Assembly (NCBI GenBank): GCA_963710375.1
Contig: CAVPZX010000002.1
Span: 256,001 to 320,000 of the forward strand
DNA length: 64,000 nucleotides
Direction: 5' to 3'
Source: Nitrospirota bacterium
Lineage (GTDB): Bacteria; Nitrospirota; Thermodesulfovibrionia; Thermodesulfovibrionales; Dissulfurispiraceae
The notes beneath the pieces were generated by a model. The model ran no database searches. It saw only the letters and a list, made by a program, of their open reading frames with translations, and was not told the origin of the DNA. Position numbers and translations under genes: made by a program. Shown piece after piece: positions 47,676-57,955 of this stretch (its first letter is position 1; each line of letters begins with the position of its first letter).

Positions 47676-48236
47676 ATGGACAAACACGCCACGCTCACCC
47701 AGCCAGTATCAGCCCGCGACCACGCTGAAGGACCCGCCGCCGCACCTATGACGTTAGTGGAATACGGCGATTATCAATGCCCTTACTGCGGAGCCGCCTA
47801 TCCCGTGGTGAAGCGTCTACAGAAGACGTTGGGGAAGAAGCTGCGATTTGTATTCAGGAACTTCCCTTTGACCCAGGCGCATCCCTATGCCCTGATCGCG
47901 GCCGAAGCGGCGGAAGCCGCCGCTCTCCAGGGTAAGTTTTGGGAGATGCACGATCTGCTTTTTGAACAGCAGCCCTTACTGGAGCCGGACATCATTTCCC
48001 TGTGGGCAAAAAAGATAGGGTTGGATCTCAAAAAATTCAGGAACGATACCAAGCAAGGCGTTGTTGCACAGCGTCTTCAGGAAGACCGCCAGAGCGGCAT
48101 CCGCAGTGGCGTTAACGGCACACCGACCTTTTTTATCAACGGAACACGCTATGACGGCTCGCCGGCTTATGATTCGCTGCTGGCTGTCTTAAAATCCGAA
48201 GCGCACATATCCTCGAAAAAGGAGGCAACGTTGTGA
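47676..48236 (+). CDS. DsbA/thioredoxin-fold protein
   Basis: EYGDYQCPYC, GVNGTPTFFING. Confidence 0.9.
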   Translation: MDKHATLTQPVSARDHAEGPAAAPMTLVEYGDYQCPYCGAAYPVVKRLQKTLGKKLRFVFRNFPLTQAHPYALIAAEAAEAAALQGKFWEMHDLLFEQQPLLEPDIISLWAKKIGLDLKKFRNDTKQGVVAQRLQEDRQSGIRSGVNGTPTFFINGTRYDGSPAYDSLLAVLKSEAHISSKKEATL

Positions 48237-48332
48237 CCAAGTCACATACTATCTCAAGGCACTTATCCTCAGGAACGGCTTTCCCGGTTGACCTTGAACT
48301 GGCAATGAACAACAACGAAAGGCAGGCAGAGA

Positions 48333-48827
48333 ATGGAAATTAAACAAATCAATGTACAACGACTCAGCGTGACTTCTTCTAAGCCATTTCGTGAAGTGAT
48401 CGGAGTATTCGATGTTGTATTGGGCCATACAGATATGAACGCGTTTCGAGCAAATGTCGCCGCGGCAGAAACGTACTCCGATCTGGAAAAGGTCGTCCAC
48501 GCAGCTATTGGGCCAACCGAATTGATAGAGTTTATACGTTTTGACCTCGGCGAAATTCTGCGTAAACGAAATGGAGCGGAAGCGCCACAGAGCCTTCGTA
48601 TCGTCCTGGGCAACCCGCTCATCATGAGCCTGATGGTTGAGCAGGTGCCAGATGCCGGCTCGTACGCGCCGGTGACTATTCTGATCGACGAGCGTAATGA
48701 CGGAGTTCACCTCTCTTATGACAGGATGGCCAGTTTTCTTGCCCCATATGGAAACCCCGAAGCACTGAAAGTGGCTCAAGACCTTGATTCGAAAGTTGAG
48801 GCACTAATATCTGCCGCTGCAGGTTAG
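48333..48827 (+). CDS. DUF302 domain protein
   Basis: GNPLIMSLM..AGSYAPVTILI, LDSKVEAL. Confidence 0.8.
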   Translation: MEIKQINVQRLSVTSSKPFREVIGVFDVVLGHTDMNAFRANVAAAETYSDLEKVVHAAIGPTELIEFIRFDLGEILRKRNGAEAPQSLRIVLGNPLIMSLMVEQVPDAGSYAPVTILIDERNDGVHLSYDRMASFLAPYGNPEALKVAQDLDSKVEALISAAAG

Positions 48828-49028
48828 GTGTAAGTTTAATATGGCATGTATTAAATAAAGGGGGGTGGTAATCTTTGATCTTGAGGTATTCCTGAAAACT
48901 GCTACACTATAAGAAAGATATCAACATTCTGTTAAGGAGGCTCCGCGGCTAAGCACCTTTTTTCTCCTTGATGATTTCGATTTCGACAACCACGGCCATT
49001 GATGCCGGCATAATTCAGCGGGAGGTAA

Positions 49029-49598
49029 ATGCACATGGGAAAAGTTTTCAAAATTCTCGGTTTTGCAGGAAGCTTGCGCAAAAATTCTTACAACAAATCT
49101 CTTTTGAGTGCTGCATTGGAACTTCTTCCGGAAGGGGTTGCGCTCGAGATTTTTGACCTGGAAGGCATTCCGCCCTTTAATCAGGATTTCGAGAATCAGC
49201 CCGCAGAAAAGGTGAAGGAGTTCAAAGCAAAAATCAGGGCAGTTGACGCCATACTCATTGCGACACCGGAATACAACTATTCGATCCCTGGCGTGTTGAA
49301 GAATGCCATCGATAGCGCTTCCCGACCTTATGGCGACAACGCGTTCGCAAATAAGCCGGTAGCTATAATGGGTGCTTCCCCCGGCATGATAGGCACTGCA
49401 AGGGCACAGTATCATTTACGGCAATGTTTTGTCTTCCTGAATTGTTTTGTAATGAACCAGCCAGAGGTTATGGTATCCTCTGCCCACGAAAGAATTGACA
49501 AAGACGGCAAAGTAACAGATCAGAAAACAAGGGAACTAATCAGGAAACTGCTGGAGAACTTCGTAGAATGGTCCGGAAGAGTGACGCATTCGACGTGA
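49029..49598 (+). CDS. NADPH-dependent FMN reductase
   Basis: GSLRKNSYN, TPEYNYSIPGVLKNAID, GTARAQYHLR. Confidence 0.92.
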   Translation: MHMGKVFKILGFAGSLRKNSYNKSLLSAALELLPEGVALEIFDLEGIPPFNQDFENQPAEKVKEFKAKIRAVDAILIATPEYNYSIPGVLKNAIDSASRPYGDNAFANKPVAIMGASPGMIGTARAQYHLRQCFVFLNCFVMNQPEVMVSSAHERIDKDGKVTDQKTRELIRKLLENFVEWSGRVTHST

Positions 49599-49772
49599 AA
49601 GAGTGAGGAGGTAAAGCACGGCAAACCCATTTGTTCATATTGAATTGAATACTCCAGACGCTTTCGCCCAGATGGCAAAGAAATGAACCGCTGGTGAGGC
49701 GAACCGGAAGGGAAAGAACTAGATGTGACGGTAGAACCGTCCCATCTAACACGATATTGTATTTTTGCACTG

Positions 49773-50999
49773 ATGTATAACTATAGAATCAAACTAATAG
49801 ATGGGGAACAGTTTGCAGTTTTTGACTCTTCAAAACTGCCGATAGGATCAGTGCTTCCTTTTGATGTTTACTGCCAGGAGAAGGACGGCATGAAAGTATT
49901 GTTCGCCAGGGGAACGATTTTCAGCCCGCTCGAAAAGAACATAGTAGTCAGGAATGAATTTACCAACCTCTACGCCAAGCTATTCGAGGCATGGCAGATT
50001 AATCAGTTGCTTTTCGGCAAGAAGCGCAAAGTCAGTTCTTTTCTCGACGACCAGATAGAATTCCAGAAATATTCGACACAAAAAGCAAGCTATTTTCATA
50101 TCGACAGTAGTCTTCTTAAGCCTGGCAGCGAGATAGACTTTGACCTGTTCGTAATCAACAGGTCCTCTTTCAGTCAGATCGTTGAGGCCTCCGAGGGTGA
50201 TCCGTTCGAAATAAAAACCGGCTTATCCGACATACAGGGAGACATAGCGGTAAAAAAGTCCGATATTTCCAGATATCTACACTACTTAACCTCGTTGGAA
50301 GGCAACGCCGCGGGAACAGCCGGATCAATTGCCAGGGAATCTGCAAGGGCAATAATGAAGAATGTCCTGGAGGATCCATATGATGTCCTAAAAATAGAGG
50401 AAGCCTGCCGCGCTTCGAACCAACTGAGTCAATATCTGTTTGAAAATAAGGACTCGATCTACAACTTGCTCTTATTGAAGAATAATGACTTCTATCACTA
50501 TACACATTCCGTCAATACCGCGCTTTTGTCCATCAGGCTCGGTATCGAGTCAGGAATGGACAAGGAAACCCTGGGAAAACTGGGCATCGGCGCAATGCTT
50601 CACGATATCGGCAAAAGTTTAATCCCAAATCACATACTCAACAAGCAGGGCAAGCTTGATCACACCGAATACGTTGTGTTTCAAAGCCACGTGGTTGAGG
50701 GGGTGAAGATTTTGCGGCGCGATGAGAAGATAATCCCACAAGAATCTTTTGTCGCCGTCCTGCAGCATCATGAAAAACTGAACGGTCGCGGGTACCCCAA
50801 TAAATTAAAAAACAAGGATATTAAACTTTTCGGTCGCATAACCGCCATCGCGGACTGTTACGACGCCATGATAAGCAGGAGGCCATTCAGGCCGGCACAA
50901 TCATCCTTCAAAGCGCTCTCGGCTATTGCGAAAGAGACTAAGAGTTACGACCCTGCACTATTAAGATTATTCATCCAGATGCTTGCGAAGATAAAATAG
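49773..50999 (+). CDS. HD-GYP cyclic dinucleotide phosphodiesterase
   Basis: HSVN, LHDIGK, HHEKLNGRGYP, ADCYDAM. Confidence 0.88.
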   Translation: MYNYRIKLIDGEQFAVFDSSKLPIGSVLPFDVYCQEKDGMKVLFARGTIFSPLEKNIVVRNEFTNLYAKLFEAWQINQLLFGKKRKVSSFLDDQIEFQKYSTQKASYFHIDSSLLKPGSEIDFDLFVINRSSFSQIVEASEGDPFEIKTGLSDIQGDIAVKKSDISRYLHYLTSLEGNAAGTAGSIARESARAIMKNVLEDPYDVLKIEEACRASNQLSQYLFENKDSIYNLLLLKNNDFYHYTHSVNTALLSIRLGIESGMDKETLGKLGIGAMLHDIGKSLIPNHILNKQGKLDHTEYVVFQSHVVEGVKILRRDEKIIPQESFVAVLQHHEKLNGRGYPNKLKNKDIKLFGRITAIADCYDAMISRRPFRPAQSSFKALSAIAKETKSYDPALLRLFIQMLAKIK

Positions 51000-51095
51000 A
51001 GCAGTCGCTTCCAGTTCATATGCGCGTTCATCATAACAGTGCCGCTGCCTTGCAAAAAAAGATCGGGTTGTCGTAGATTATGACAGGAGACCAAG

Positions 51096-51509
51096 ATGAA
51101 GACATACCTGAGCGATCGAACAAAGAATGAGTCCCTGACATGGGAGGAACAAAGCGGACTGCTTGCCTTCCTTTCAGGAGTCCAGGAAGAAGTGTCGAGG
51201 TTCGAGAGGACCTTCCGATTAGGAATCTCAAACCTTGTCGTGCCACCTCAGGAAATAGATGGCAGCACAAAACATATAACTTCAGTAGCGTTTGTTCTCA
51301 TCCGGAACAACGAACTCCTTTCCGGAAGGACCTATTGCCTTTACTCTCTGCTCTATGACAAGGAACTTTCCGGGCATGTCGGGCTCTATTACAACGGCAA
51401 GATAGAAACACTGAAAACCTTAAACCCCCTGAGGGACTTCAGCCGGGGAAGAGCAGCGCTCTATGACTGGCTGAGGGCACTATTGAAGGCATCTTGTGAC
51501 AAGCTTTAA
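51096..51509 (+). CDS. Hypothetical protein
   Basis: RBS AGGAG; open frame overlapping the next start. Confidence 0.6.
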   Translation: MKTYLSDRTKNESLTWEEQSGLLAFLSGVQEEVSRFERTFRLGISNLVVPPQEIDGSTKHITSVAFVLIRNNELLSGRTYCLYSLLYDKELSGHVGLYYNGKIETLKTLNPLRDFSRGRAALYDWLRALLKASCDKL

Positions 51510-52261
51510 CAACGGTCCGGGGGAAAACAATACGCCCCGCTCTGCGGGCATTCTCATCATCGGCAATGAAATCCTTTCAGGCAAGGTCATAGACAGTAAC
51601 TCATCCTTTCTCGCCTCGGAACTGAGAACCCTTGGGGTGAGCGTTATGCGCATCTCGGTCATCCCTGACGATGTGGATGTAATAGGGAACGAGGCTGTGG
51701 AGTTCTCAAGCGCTTATGACTTCGTATTTACCTCAGGGGGTGTGGGACCCACACACGACGATGTCACTATGGAGGGAATAGCGAAGGGCTTCCATGTGAA
51801 GGTCATCCCTCAACCGGAACTGGTAACCTACTTCCGCGCACATTACGGGAATGAGATAAACCCTGCTGTCATGAAAATGGCAGGACTCCCTGAAGGGGCT
51901 GAACTTATCCACGCGCCAGGAATGCGGTTTCCCCTCGTTTCCTTCAGAAACATCTTTATTTTTCCCGGCATCCCCCAGTATCTTACGAAAAAGTTTTGTG
52001 CAATAAAAGAGAGGTTCCGCTCCCCTGCTATCCATCTCAGACGTCTGTTCCTCAAGGCCAATGAATCTGATATCGCAGAGACCCTTGACTCGGTGGTGAG
52101 AAGGCACAGGGATATCTCCTTCGGATCTTATCCAATCCTCGACAACCCGGAATATTCTATCATAGTCACTGCGGAATCAAGGTACGAGGATGCATTGACC
52201 CATTCGGTCACAGGAGCTCATATCCAGGCTCCCCCGCGCTATCCTCGTGAGGACAGAATAA
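51496..52261 (+). CDS. Molybdopterin-binding / CinA-like protein with a +1 insertion near the C-terminus
   Basis: IGNEILSG..DSNS, SGGVGPTHDDVT, FPGIP; corrected stop TAA at 52259-52261. Confidence 0.85.
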
Positions 52262-52380
52262 TCCCCCCTATATCTTCCACTCGGGTCCGGTATACCCGCC
52301 ATCAGCTATTTTGCTGACTAAACTGCGGCTGTTATCGTATATTAATAATATAGAATGCACTGCGAAGGAGGAATAGTGTT

Positions 52381-52818
52381 ATGAAAGTTGTCAAAGATAT
52401 TTTAAAAAACCCAGGTCATAAAATTTGGTCGGTTTCTCCAGCGACGACGGCATATGAGGCTCTCGAAGTGATGGCTGACAAAAACATCGGAGCATTATTA
52501 GTCTTTGAAAATGAACACCTTGTCGGAATTTTTTCAGAACGCGATTATGCGAGAAAAGTGATACTGAAAGGAAAGGCTTCCAAGGACACACCTGTCAGTG
52601 AACTGATGACTAGACAGCTATTCTATGTTAAACCGGAAAATACCCTTACTGAATGTATGGCGCTGATGACATCGAAACATATCCGTCATTTGCCTGTCTT
52701 TGACAATAATCGAATTGCCGGAATCATAACGCTCGGTGACGTGGTCAAGGAAATTGTTTCCGAACAGGCGATCACGATTAAAAACCTTCAGGATTTTATG
52801 TCCTATGATGGATTTTAG
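52381..52818 (+). CDS. CBS domain protein
   Basis: GIFSERDYARKV, IRHLPV, GDVVK. Confidence 0.92.
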   Translation: MKVVKDILKNPGHKIWSVSPATTAYEALEVMADKNIGALLVFENEHLVGIFSERDYARKVILKGKASKDTPVSELMTRQLFYVKPENTLTECMALMTSKHIRHLPVFDNNRIAGIITLGDVVKEIVSEQAITIKNLQDFMSYDGF

Positions 52819-52895
52819 TGGCCGCAAGCAACATGCCATAGCAATGAGCAAAGGCACACCGGACATTCTCCTGTGAGCCTCTGCTCACTTCATGT

Positions 52896-54410
52896 TTATT
52901 TTTCCCAAGGTTTCAAGGCCGCTGCCTGCCTTCCAGCAATCCTGCCAAATATCATACACTCAGCTATATTGCCTGCTCCCTGATAGATCAATCCCCACAT
53001 GGAGCCAAGCTCTCCCGAACTGTATAGTCGTGGGATAGCCTGCCCGAACGGATCGACAATCTGCGCATTCGTATTTCGCCTCGGTCCACCCTGTGTATTG
53101 AGTAAGCAGGGGTAAAGCTGAACTGCGTAGAAAGGCGCCTTGTCAATAGGCGCTGACCAGAGAGGGGTCTGCAAATCATTGTATGCCGGATTAGATTCTG
53201 GCAGGGAACGCATCTGGCGTCCATATACGGTATCACCCTTGCCTGACTTAATGTCTTCATTCCACTTTGACAAAGTTGCATCGAGGTTCGCAGGATCAAT
53301 GCCGATCTTTCCTGCGAGTTCAACAGGTGTCCCGGCCTTGACGATCCAGCCCTTGTCGATCTCAGCACTGTTGTCTTTACTCCACTTATAAAACTTCTGT
53401 GCTGTATACCCAACGCCGGCCCAAGCACTAACAGGACCTTTAAGGCGATTGGTCTCATCAAAGATCAGATAGCATGGGATCCTCGGATATTCAAGGGAAT
53501 GATCGTCAAAATAGTCCACTGCAAGGAGCCCTGCATGCAATTCTATTGATCTTTCATTGACAAAGCGTTTGCCGTGTTTGTCAACATATATGAAACCGGG
53601 AGTGCCTATTACCAGTGGGAATGCACCTTCATAATCAGGAACCTTTATGCCTAGCGGACATGAAGCCCCGTTCATGTGCCACAATCCGGCACCAACAGCC
53701 GAAGCCATACGGACGCCGTCGCCTGTGTTGCCCGGGTTGCCAACCGCATAAATCGGGTAGCCCTTAATGAAGTTCTGGATCGCTTTTTTGTCATATTCGT
53801 ACCCGCCGGTTGTCAGGATAACAGCTTTTCTGGCTAGGATATTAAATTCTTTTCCATTGGACTCTGCTACGACACCAATAATCTCCCAGTCGCAGTTCCT
53901 AACCAGTCTTTTTGCCGGTGTATTTAGCATAACTGGAATTTTCCTTTTTTGCTCCACTGCATACATGAAGATGTCCCAGAGGTTCTTGGCTCTGCCGGCA
54001 GGACCCTTACCAGTGCCCTTCGCACCGTATTTGACCATGGATTTTGCGCCAGGCACGTTCGGGTATCCGGCATGACCATATACCATTACTTCAGTGCCTT
54101 CCTTAAGGCCCTTAAGCCAGTCGATGTTCTTTATCGATTCTTCTGCATACACCCTGACCAGATCCTCGTCCATTTCGGACTTGGAAAGCTGAAAGAGCCC
54201 TTTAATATATGTGATAGCCTCGTTCACATCTGTGGGGCAGATAAACCCACCTGTGGAAACGCGCGTGTTTCCGCCGCTCTCCGGCATTTTCTCGATTATA
54301 AGCACACTCGCCTTGTTGTCATAGGCGGTTATGGCTGCTGAAGCGCCGGCAGCGCCATATCCAACACAGACAACGTCAACCTCTTTGTGCCATTTATTTG
54401 GTATTGTCAT
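52896..54410 (-). CDS. FAD-dependent oxidoreductase (fumarate reductase flavoprotein / 3-ketosteroid dehydrogenase family)
   Basis: GYGAAG, TTGGYE, GNTGDG, NTQGG, GRIAG. Confidence 0.85.
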   Translation of the reverse strand: MTIPNKWHKEVDVVCVGYGAAGASAAITAYDNKASVLIIEKMPESGGNTRVSTGGFICPTDVNEAITYIKGLFQLSKSEMDEDLVRVYAEESIKNIDWLKGLKEGTEVMVYGHAGYPNVPGAKSMVKYGAKGTGKGPAGRAKNLWDIFMYAVEQKRKIPVMLNTPAKRLVRNCDWEIIGVVAESNGKEFNILARKAVILTTGGYEYDKKAIQNFIKGYPIYAVGNPGNTGDGVRMASAVGAGLWHMNGASCPLGIKVPDYEGAFPLVIGTPGFIYVDKHGKRFVNERSIELHAGLLAVDYFDDHSLEYPRIPCYLIFDETNRLKGPVSAWAGVGYTAQKFYKWSKDNSAEIDKGWIVKAGTPVELAGKIGIDPANLDATLSKWNEDIKSGKGDTVYGRQMRSLPESNPAYNDLQTPLWSAPIDKAPFYAVQLYPCLLNTQGGPRRNTNAQIVDPFGQAIPRLYSSGELGSMWGLIYQGAGNIAECMIFGRIAGRQAAALKPWEK

Positions 54411-54479
54411 TTTTCAGCTGCATTCTCCAGTTACTTTTTCAGGGTCATTCCCTACGTGTAGCATTCTATCCCAGTTTTT

Positions 54480-54820
54480 TTAGCATATCTGATGGAACAT
54501 AATCAACCTTATTTCCCTGAAAACCTCATATGCAATATCTTCAAGGTTTGAATCAGACTCCTTCGTGAATCCTTTCCCCTCGGCAATCGTGATATACTTG
54601 CGAACTGTCTTGCGATCCATTCGTGTTGCCCGCGCTATAGCGCTGATGTTATCTCCAGTTGCTTGTCTTCTCAAAACATCCACAATCTCAATCACGGTGT
54701 ACTCCTTGTCTGACATGCTACCTCCAGTATTTTTAGTTTGGGACGTAGTATGCCGGTTATCAAGATTGCTACACCTGGTTGCCACCTGTGGGGTGGGGAA
54801 TGCTCGTGAAAAATCACACG
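54480..54820 (-). mobile_element. IS21-family remnant (left end plus truncated istA)
   Basis: RBS GGAGG, ATG 54716; ISAIARATRMDRKTVRKY HTH, truncated at ~78 aa. Confidence 0.7.
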
Positions 54821-54891
54821 GCTTTCTATTATCACAAATCGGTTCCATTTTATGCTAGAATGTTTATAAATATCATGGAAGGTGATCGGAT

Positions 54892-55143
54892 ATGTCTCCA
54901 CAGGTAAAAATATATACTCTCAGCACTTGCAGCCACTGCAAAGCTGTAAAAAAGTTCTTGTCGGATTGTGCTGTAAAATATGAGTTTACAGATGTTGATT
55001 TGCTCTCCGGAGAAGAACGGCGCGCAATACTTGAGGATGTAAAAAAAATCAATCCCATATGTACTTTCCCCACCATAATAATAGGCGATAAAATTATCGT
55101 CGGATTCAGGGAAAATGAGATCCGGGAGGCACTAGGATTGTGA
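54892..55143 (+). CDS. Glutaredoxin-like protein
   Basis: CSHC, TFPT, IVGF. Confidence 0.9.
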   Translation: MSPQVKIYTLSTCSHCKAVKKFLSDCAVKYEFTDVDLLSGEERRAILEDVKKINPICTFPTIIIGDKIIVGFRENEIREALGL

Positions 55144-55478
55144 ACAGGATCGAACAACTGTATGAAATGCTGAAGAAGTCTCAGGAAGCCAAGGGTTATT
55201 ATTTCAACAATGATAAAAACCTGGTCAGTGATCTGCTAAAAGGACTCCTCACGAACAAGGAGCGATATGGATACATGTCATGCCCATGCAGGCTGGCTTC
55301 CAGCGATTATGAGAAGGACAGGGATATAATCTGTCCATGCTTATACCGTGAGCCTGATGTGAGGGAATTCGGCAGTTGTTACTGCGCTCTCTATGTTTCA
55401 AAGGACTGGTCCGAGGGGAAAATCGAACACGTTTATGTTCCGGAGAGGAGACCTCTGGAAAAAATACCTCGCCTTTAG
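55140..55478 (+). CDS. Ferredoxin:thioredoxin reductase catalytic subunit
   Basis: CPCR, CPC, CYC triad; coupled to the glutaredoxin. Confidence 0.9.
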   Translation: MNRIEQLYEMLKKSQEAKGYYFNNDKNLVSDLLKGLLTNKERYGYMSCPCRLASSDYEKDRDIICPCLYREPDVREFGSCYCALYVSKDWSEGKIEHVYVPERRPLEKIPRL

Positions 55479-55518
55479 GAAAACACCGCTCTTTTCCACT
55501 TCCCCGGTGCCATCAGGC

Positions 55519-55557
55519 TTAGAGTCAGCGAATAAATGACTTGTGCATTCAGCCGCT
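55519..55557 (+). repeat. Truncated copy of the palindromic element at 57123
   Basis: TTAGAGTCAGCGAATAAATGACTTGTGCATTCAGCCGCT versus TTAGGGTGCGCGAATAAATAACTTGTGCATTCAGGCGCT. Confidence 0.7.
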
Positions 55558-55565
55558 AAGGATCG

Positions 55566-55667
55566 TCAGTGAGAAGCTTTCTCTTTTTTCAATTGTCTCT
55601 TCTCTTTAAGTGTGTGCTGTGGTTTTTTCTTTTCAGTTGTTTTTTTCTTGTCTTTTTCTTTACCCAT
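55566..55667 (-). CDS. Small Lys-rich protein (33 aa)
   Basis: RBS AAGGAGG; MGKEKDKKKTTEKKKPQHTLKEKRQLKKEKASH. Confidence 0.6.
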   Translation of the reverse strand: MGKEKDKKKTTEKKKPQHTLKEKRQLKKEKASH

Positions 55668-55701
55668 TGTATGCCTCCTTTATTTATATTAATAGTATCG
55701 T

Positions 55702-56685
55702 TTATTCCGCTAAGTTTTTCAACAGGTAACCACTCTGCAGTTCATCTATCAATCCCAACATCTCATCCCCGGTCCCTGCGCGAAACGCCCTCCCTTTCAG
55801 TCCTTTAGCCACCATTCCCCTGGCATACCATCCAAAAAATTTTCTGAACTGTATGACGCCGCTCTTCTCTCCGTAGTATGCTATATTCAGATTAAGATGT
55901 TCTTTCATAGTTCGTGTTATCTCATAAACATCGGGACCGAAAGGTTCTGTTCCTCCCTTCAGATACTCACGAGTATCACGGAATATCCATGGATTGCCGA
56001 GAGCGCCCCTTGCTATAGCCGCACCGCTGCACCCTGAATCATCCAGCAGTTTCTTGACAAGATATGGAGTCAGAGCATCACCGCTAGCAATCACGGGTAT
56101 TTTCAGGGACTCTTTCACTTGCTTAATTATATGGTAAGCAACTCTTCCGCTGTATCCCTGCGACCTTGTCCTGCCATGAATAAAAAGCCCGCTGACCCCG
56201 GCATCCTGTGCGCGGAGGGCCATCTCTACTGCGTTAATGGAGGTTTCATCCCAGCCTGAGCGTATTTTGACGGTGACAGGTACCCCGGCATTTTCTACTA
56301 TTACCTTCAGGAGTTTTTGGAACTTCACAGGCTCCCTGAGCAGCCAAGCCCCTTTTCCCTTTGATACCACCTTGCTTGCCGGACACGCAGCGTTAAAATC
56401 CAATATATCGAAAGAATATTCAGACGCAATTTCGAGCGCCCTTTTGATGATATCAGGGTCGCCTCCCAGAATCTGAACGCCCAAAGGCCTGTCATCCATG
56501 CCTGAAGAAAGCATCCTCAATGTACGCTTGCTTTTGTAGACCAGAGAGCTGGAACTTATCATTTCAGTGAATGCGAGCCCGCATCCGAAGGACCTGTTTA
56601 TCATGCGGAAGGGCAGGTCGCTTATGCCGGACATAGGGGCAAGCACAAGCGGAGAAGCTATAGTTACGTTTCCGATTGAGACCAT
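55702..56685 (-). CDS. dusB: tRNA dihydrouridine synthase B
   Basis: LAPMSG, FTEMI, ACP, TVKIRSGWD, IHGRTR, ARGALGNPWIF. Confidence 0.9.
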   Translation of the reverse strand: MVSIGNVTIASPLVLAPMSGISDLPFRMINRSFGCGLAFTEMISSSSLVYKSKRTLRMLSSGMDDRPLGVQILGGDPDIIKRALEIASEYSFDILDFNAACPASKVVSKGKGAWLLREPVKFQKLLKVIVENAGVPVTVKIRSGWDETSINAVEMALRAQDAGVSGLFIHGRTRSQGYSGRVAYHIIKQVKESLKIPVIASGDALTPYLVKKLLDDSGCSGAAIARGALGNPWIFRDTREYLKGGTEPFGPDVYEITRTMKEHLNLNIAYYGEKSGVIQFRKFFGWYARGMVAKGLKGRAFRAGTGDEMLGLIDELQSGYLLKNLAE

Positions 56686-56860
56686 GACACTATAGTATAC
56701 ATCACTGCAGCCGGACTTGAGACTGCGCAGATTGAGGGGAAAACAACAATTGACGATGGAACAAAGGCAACAGTACTATCTGTCAGGAAGGATTATTAGC
56801 CAAGATTATTACACATATCTATAAAAAGTCGTTACATTCTGAGTTCAGGAAAAACTCTCT

Positions 56861-57004
56861 CTAAATCACCTCTCCCTTTTCGTCCTTATTATCTGTTGTA
56901 TCATCCTTTTTGAAACGCCTCTGCCTTTTCTCTTCCTGTTTTTTCAGCTTCAATAATTCCTTTTTTCTTTTCTCGCTCTTATATGTCCCACCTTTTTTTG
57001 CCAA
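56861..57004 (-). CDS. Small Lys/Arg-rich protein (47 aa)
   Basis: TTG start after GGGGGGAG; MAKKGGTYKSEKRKKELLKLKKQEEKRQRRFKKDDTTDNKDEKGEVI. Confidence 0.55.
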   Translation of the reverse strand: MAKKGGTYKSEKRKKELLKLKKQEEKRQRRFKKDDTTDNKDEKGEVI

Positions 57005-57122
57005 CTCTCCCCCCCTTAACATTCCTATTAGCAAGCAGTTAGTATATCCCCTATTACTGCCGGCCGCTACATAAATTATAGCAGATGCTAAGGTGATTTA
57101 TCGCGGGGAATTATTCCGGGTT

Positions 57123-57305
57123 AGGGTGCGCGAATAAATAACTTGTGCATTCAGGCGCTCAGATTTGGGTCAGATTTGGCTGATTCGACTGAGCAAAACC
57201 GCAGGCGTAGCATAGCTACCGTTGAGGATTTTGAGACTGAGGATCGGGCAAAGATGGCCTAAATCCGAGATGCATCAATGTGCAAGTTATTTATTCGCGC
57301 ACCCT
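57123..57305. mobile_element. Non-autonomous palindromic element (MITE-like)
   Basis: 23 bp perfect terminal IR AGGGTGCGCGAATAAATAACTTG / CAAGTTATTTATTCGCGCACCCT; central GTAGC-ATA-GCTAC hairpin; TA-rich flanks. Confidence 0.75.
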
Positions 57306-57733
57306 TAAGTCGCTACCTCCTCGCCTTTGACAAAGACAGGCAATTCTGCCGTACTTTTATTTAAGTGGGCATCCCCATTAAATATACCGCCTTCAGCAAC
57401 CGTTAGTCTTCGTGAGTAAATAGCTCCATCAAGTCTACCCGTGCCTTTTATTTCAACCAGCCCATCCGCGCTAATATTTCCCTCTACCGCACCCCCGATT
57501 ATTGCTGTCCTTGTGTGCATATCCCCTCTAACATAAGCCTTTTCCAGGATGACTATAAAATCTGCAGCCACATTTCCCCTATGTCTTCCCTCTATCTTCA
57601 CAGTTCCGGCTGCGCGTATGTTCCCTTTTGATTCCGAACCAGCCCCGATCAGCACTTCGAATCTGTCTGTCCTCCTTAACAAATCTTTGATGGCTTCTTT
57701 GACAAACGTCAGCAATCTCATCAGCGCGCCCAT
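57305..57733 (-). CDS. Bactofilin (polymer-forming cytoskeletal) protein
   Basis: Repeating G-x-I/V beta-helix pattern, EGGIFNG. Confidence 0.85.
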   Translation of the reverse strand: MGALMRLLTFVKEAIKDLLRRTDRFEVLIGAGSESKGNIRAAGTVKIEGRHRGNVAADFIVILEKAYVRGDMHTRTAIIGGAVEGNISADGLVEIKGTGRLDGAIYSRRLTVAEGGIFNGDAHLNKSTAELPVFVKGEEVAT

Positions 57734-57955
57734 TATAATGTCATCTCCTCTATTATTCTCTGTAAGTATAAAGTATACATGACCATTGTTACAACAATGT
57801 TAACACTCTATTAAACTTTATCTTCTATTTCGGGACTATAAAGTAACGCTCGAATGCAACAGTATTTTTGAATTGAAGCACTTAGTTATGTGGGCATAAC
57901 GCCCCCCATTCTGGAAGGCTCATCGGAGAAAGGACAAAGAACCAGACAACAACTG

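Noticed and set aside
49600..49745. c-di-GMP riboswitch upstream of the HD-GYP gene (GGCAAACC word)
   Set aside because: The GNRA-capped P2 stem and downstream GCAAAGC/receptor elements are missing
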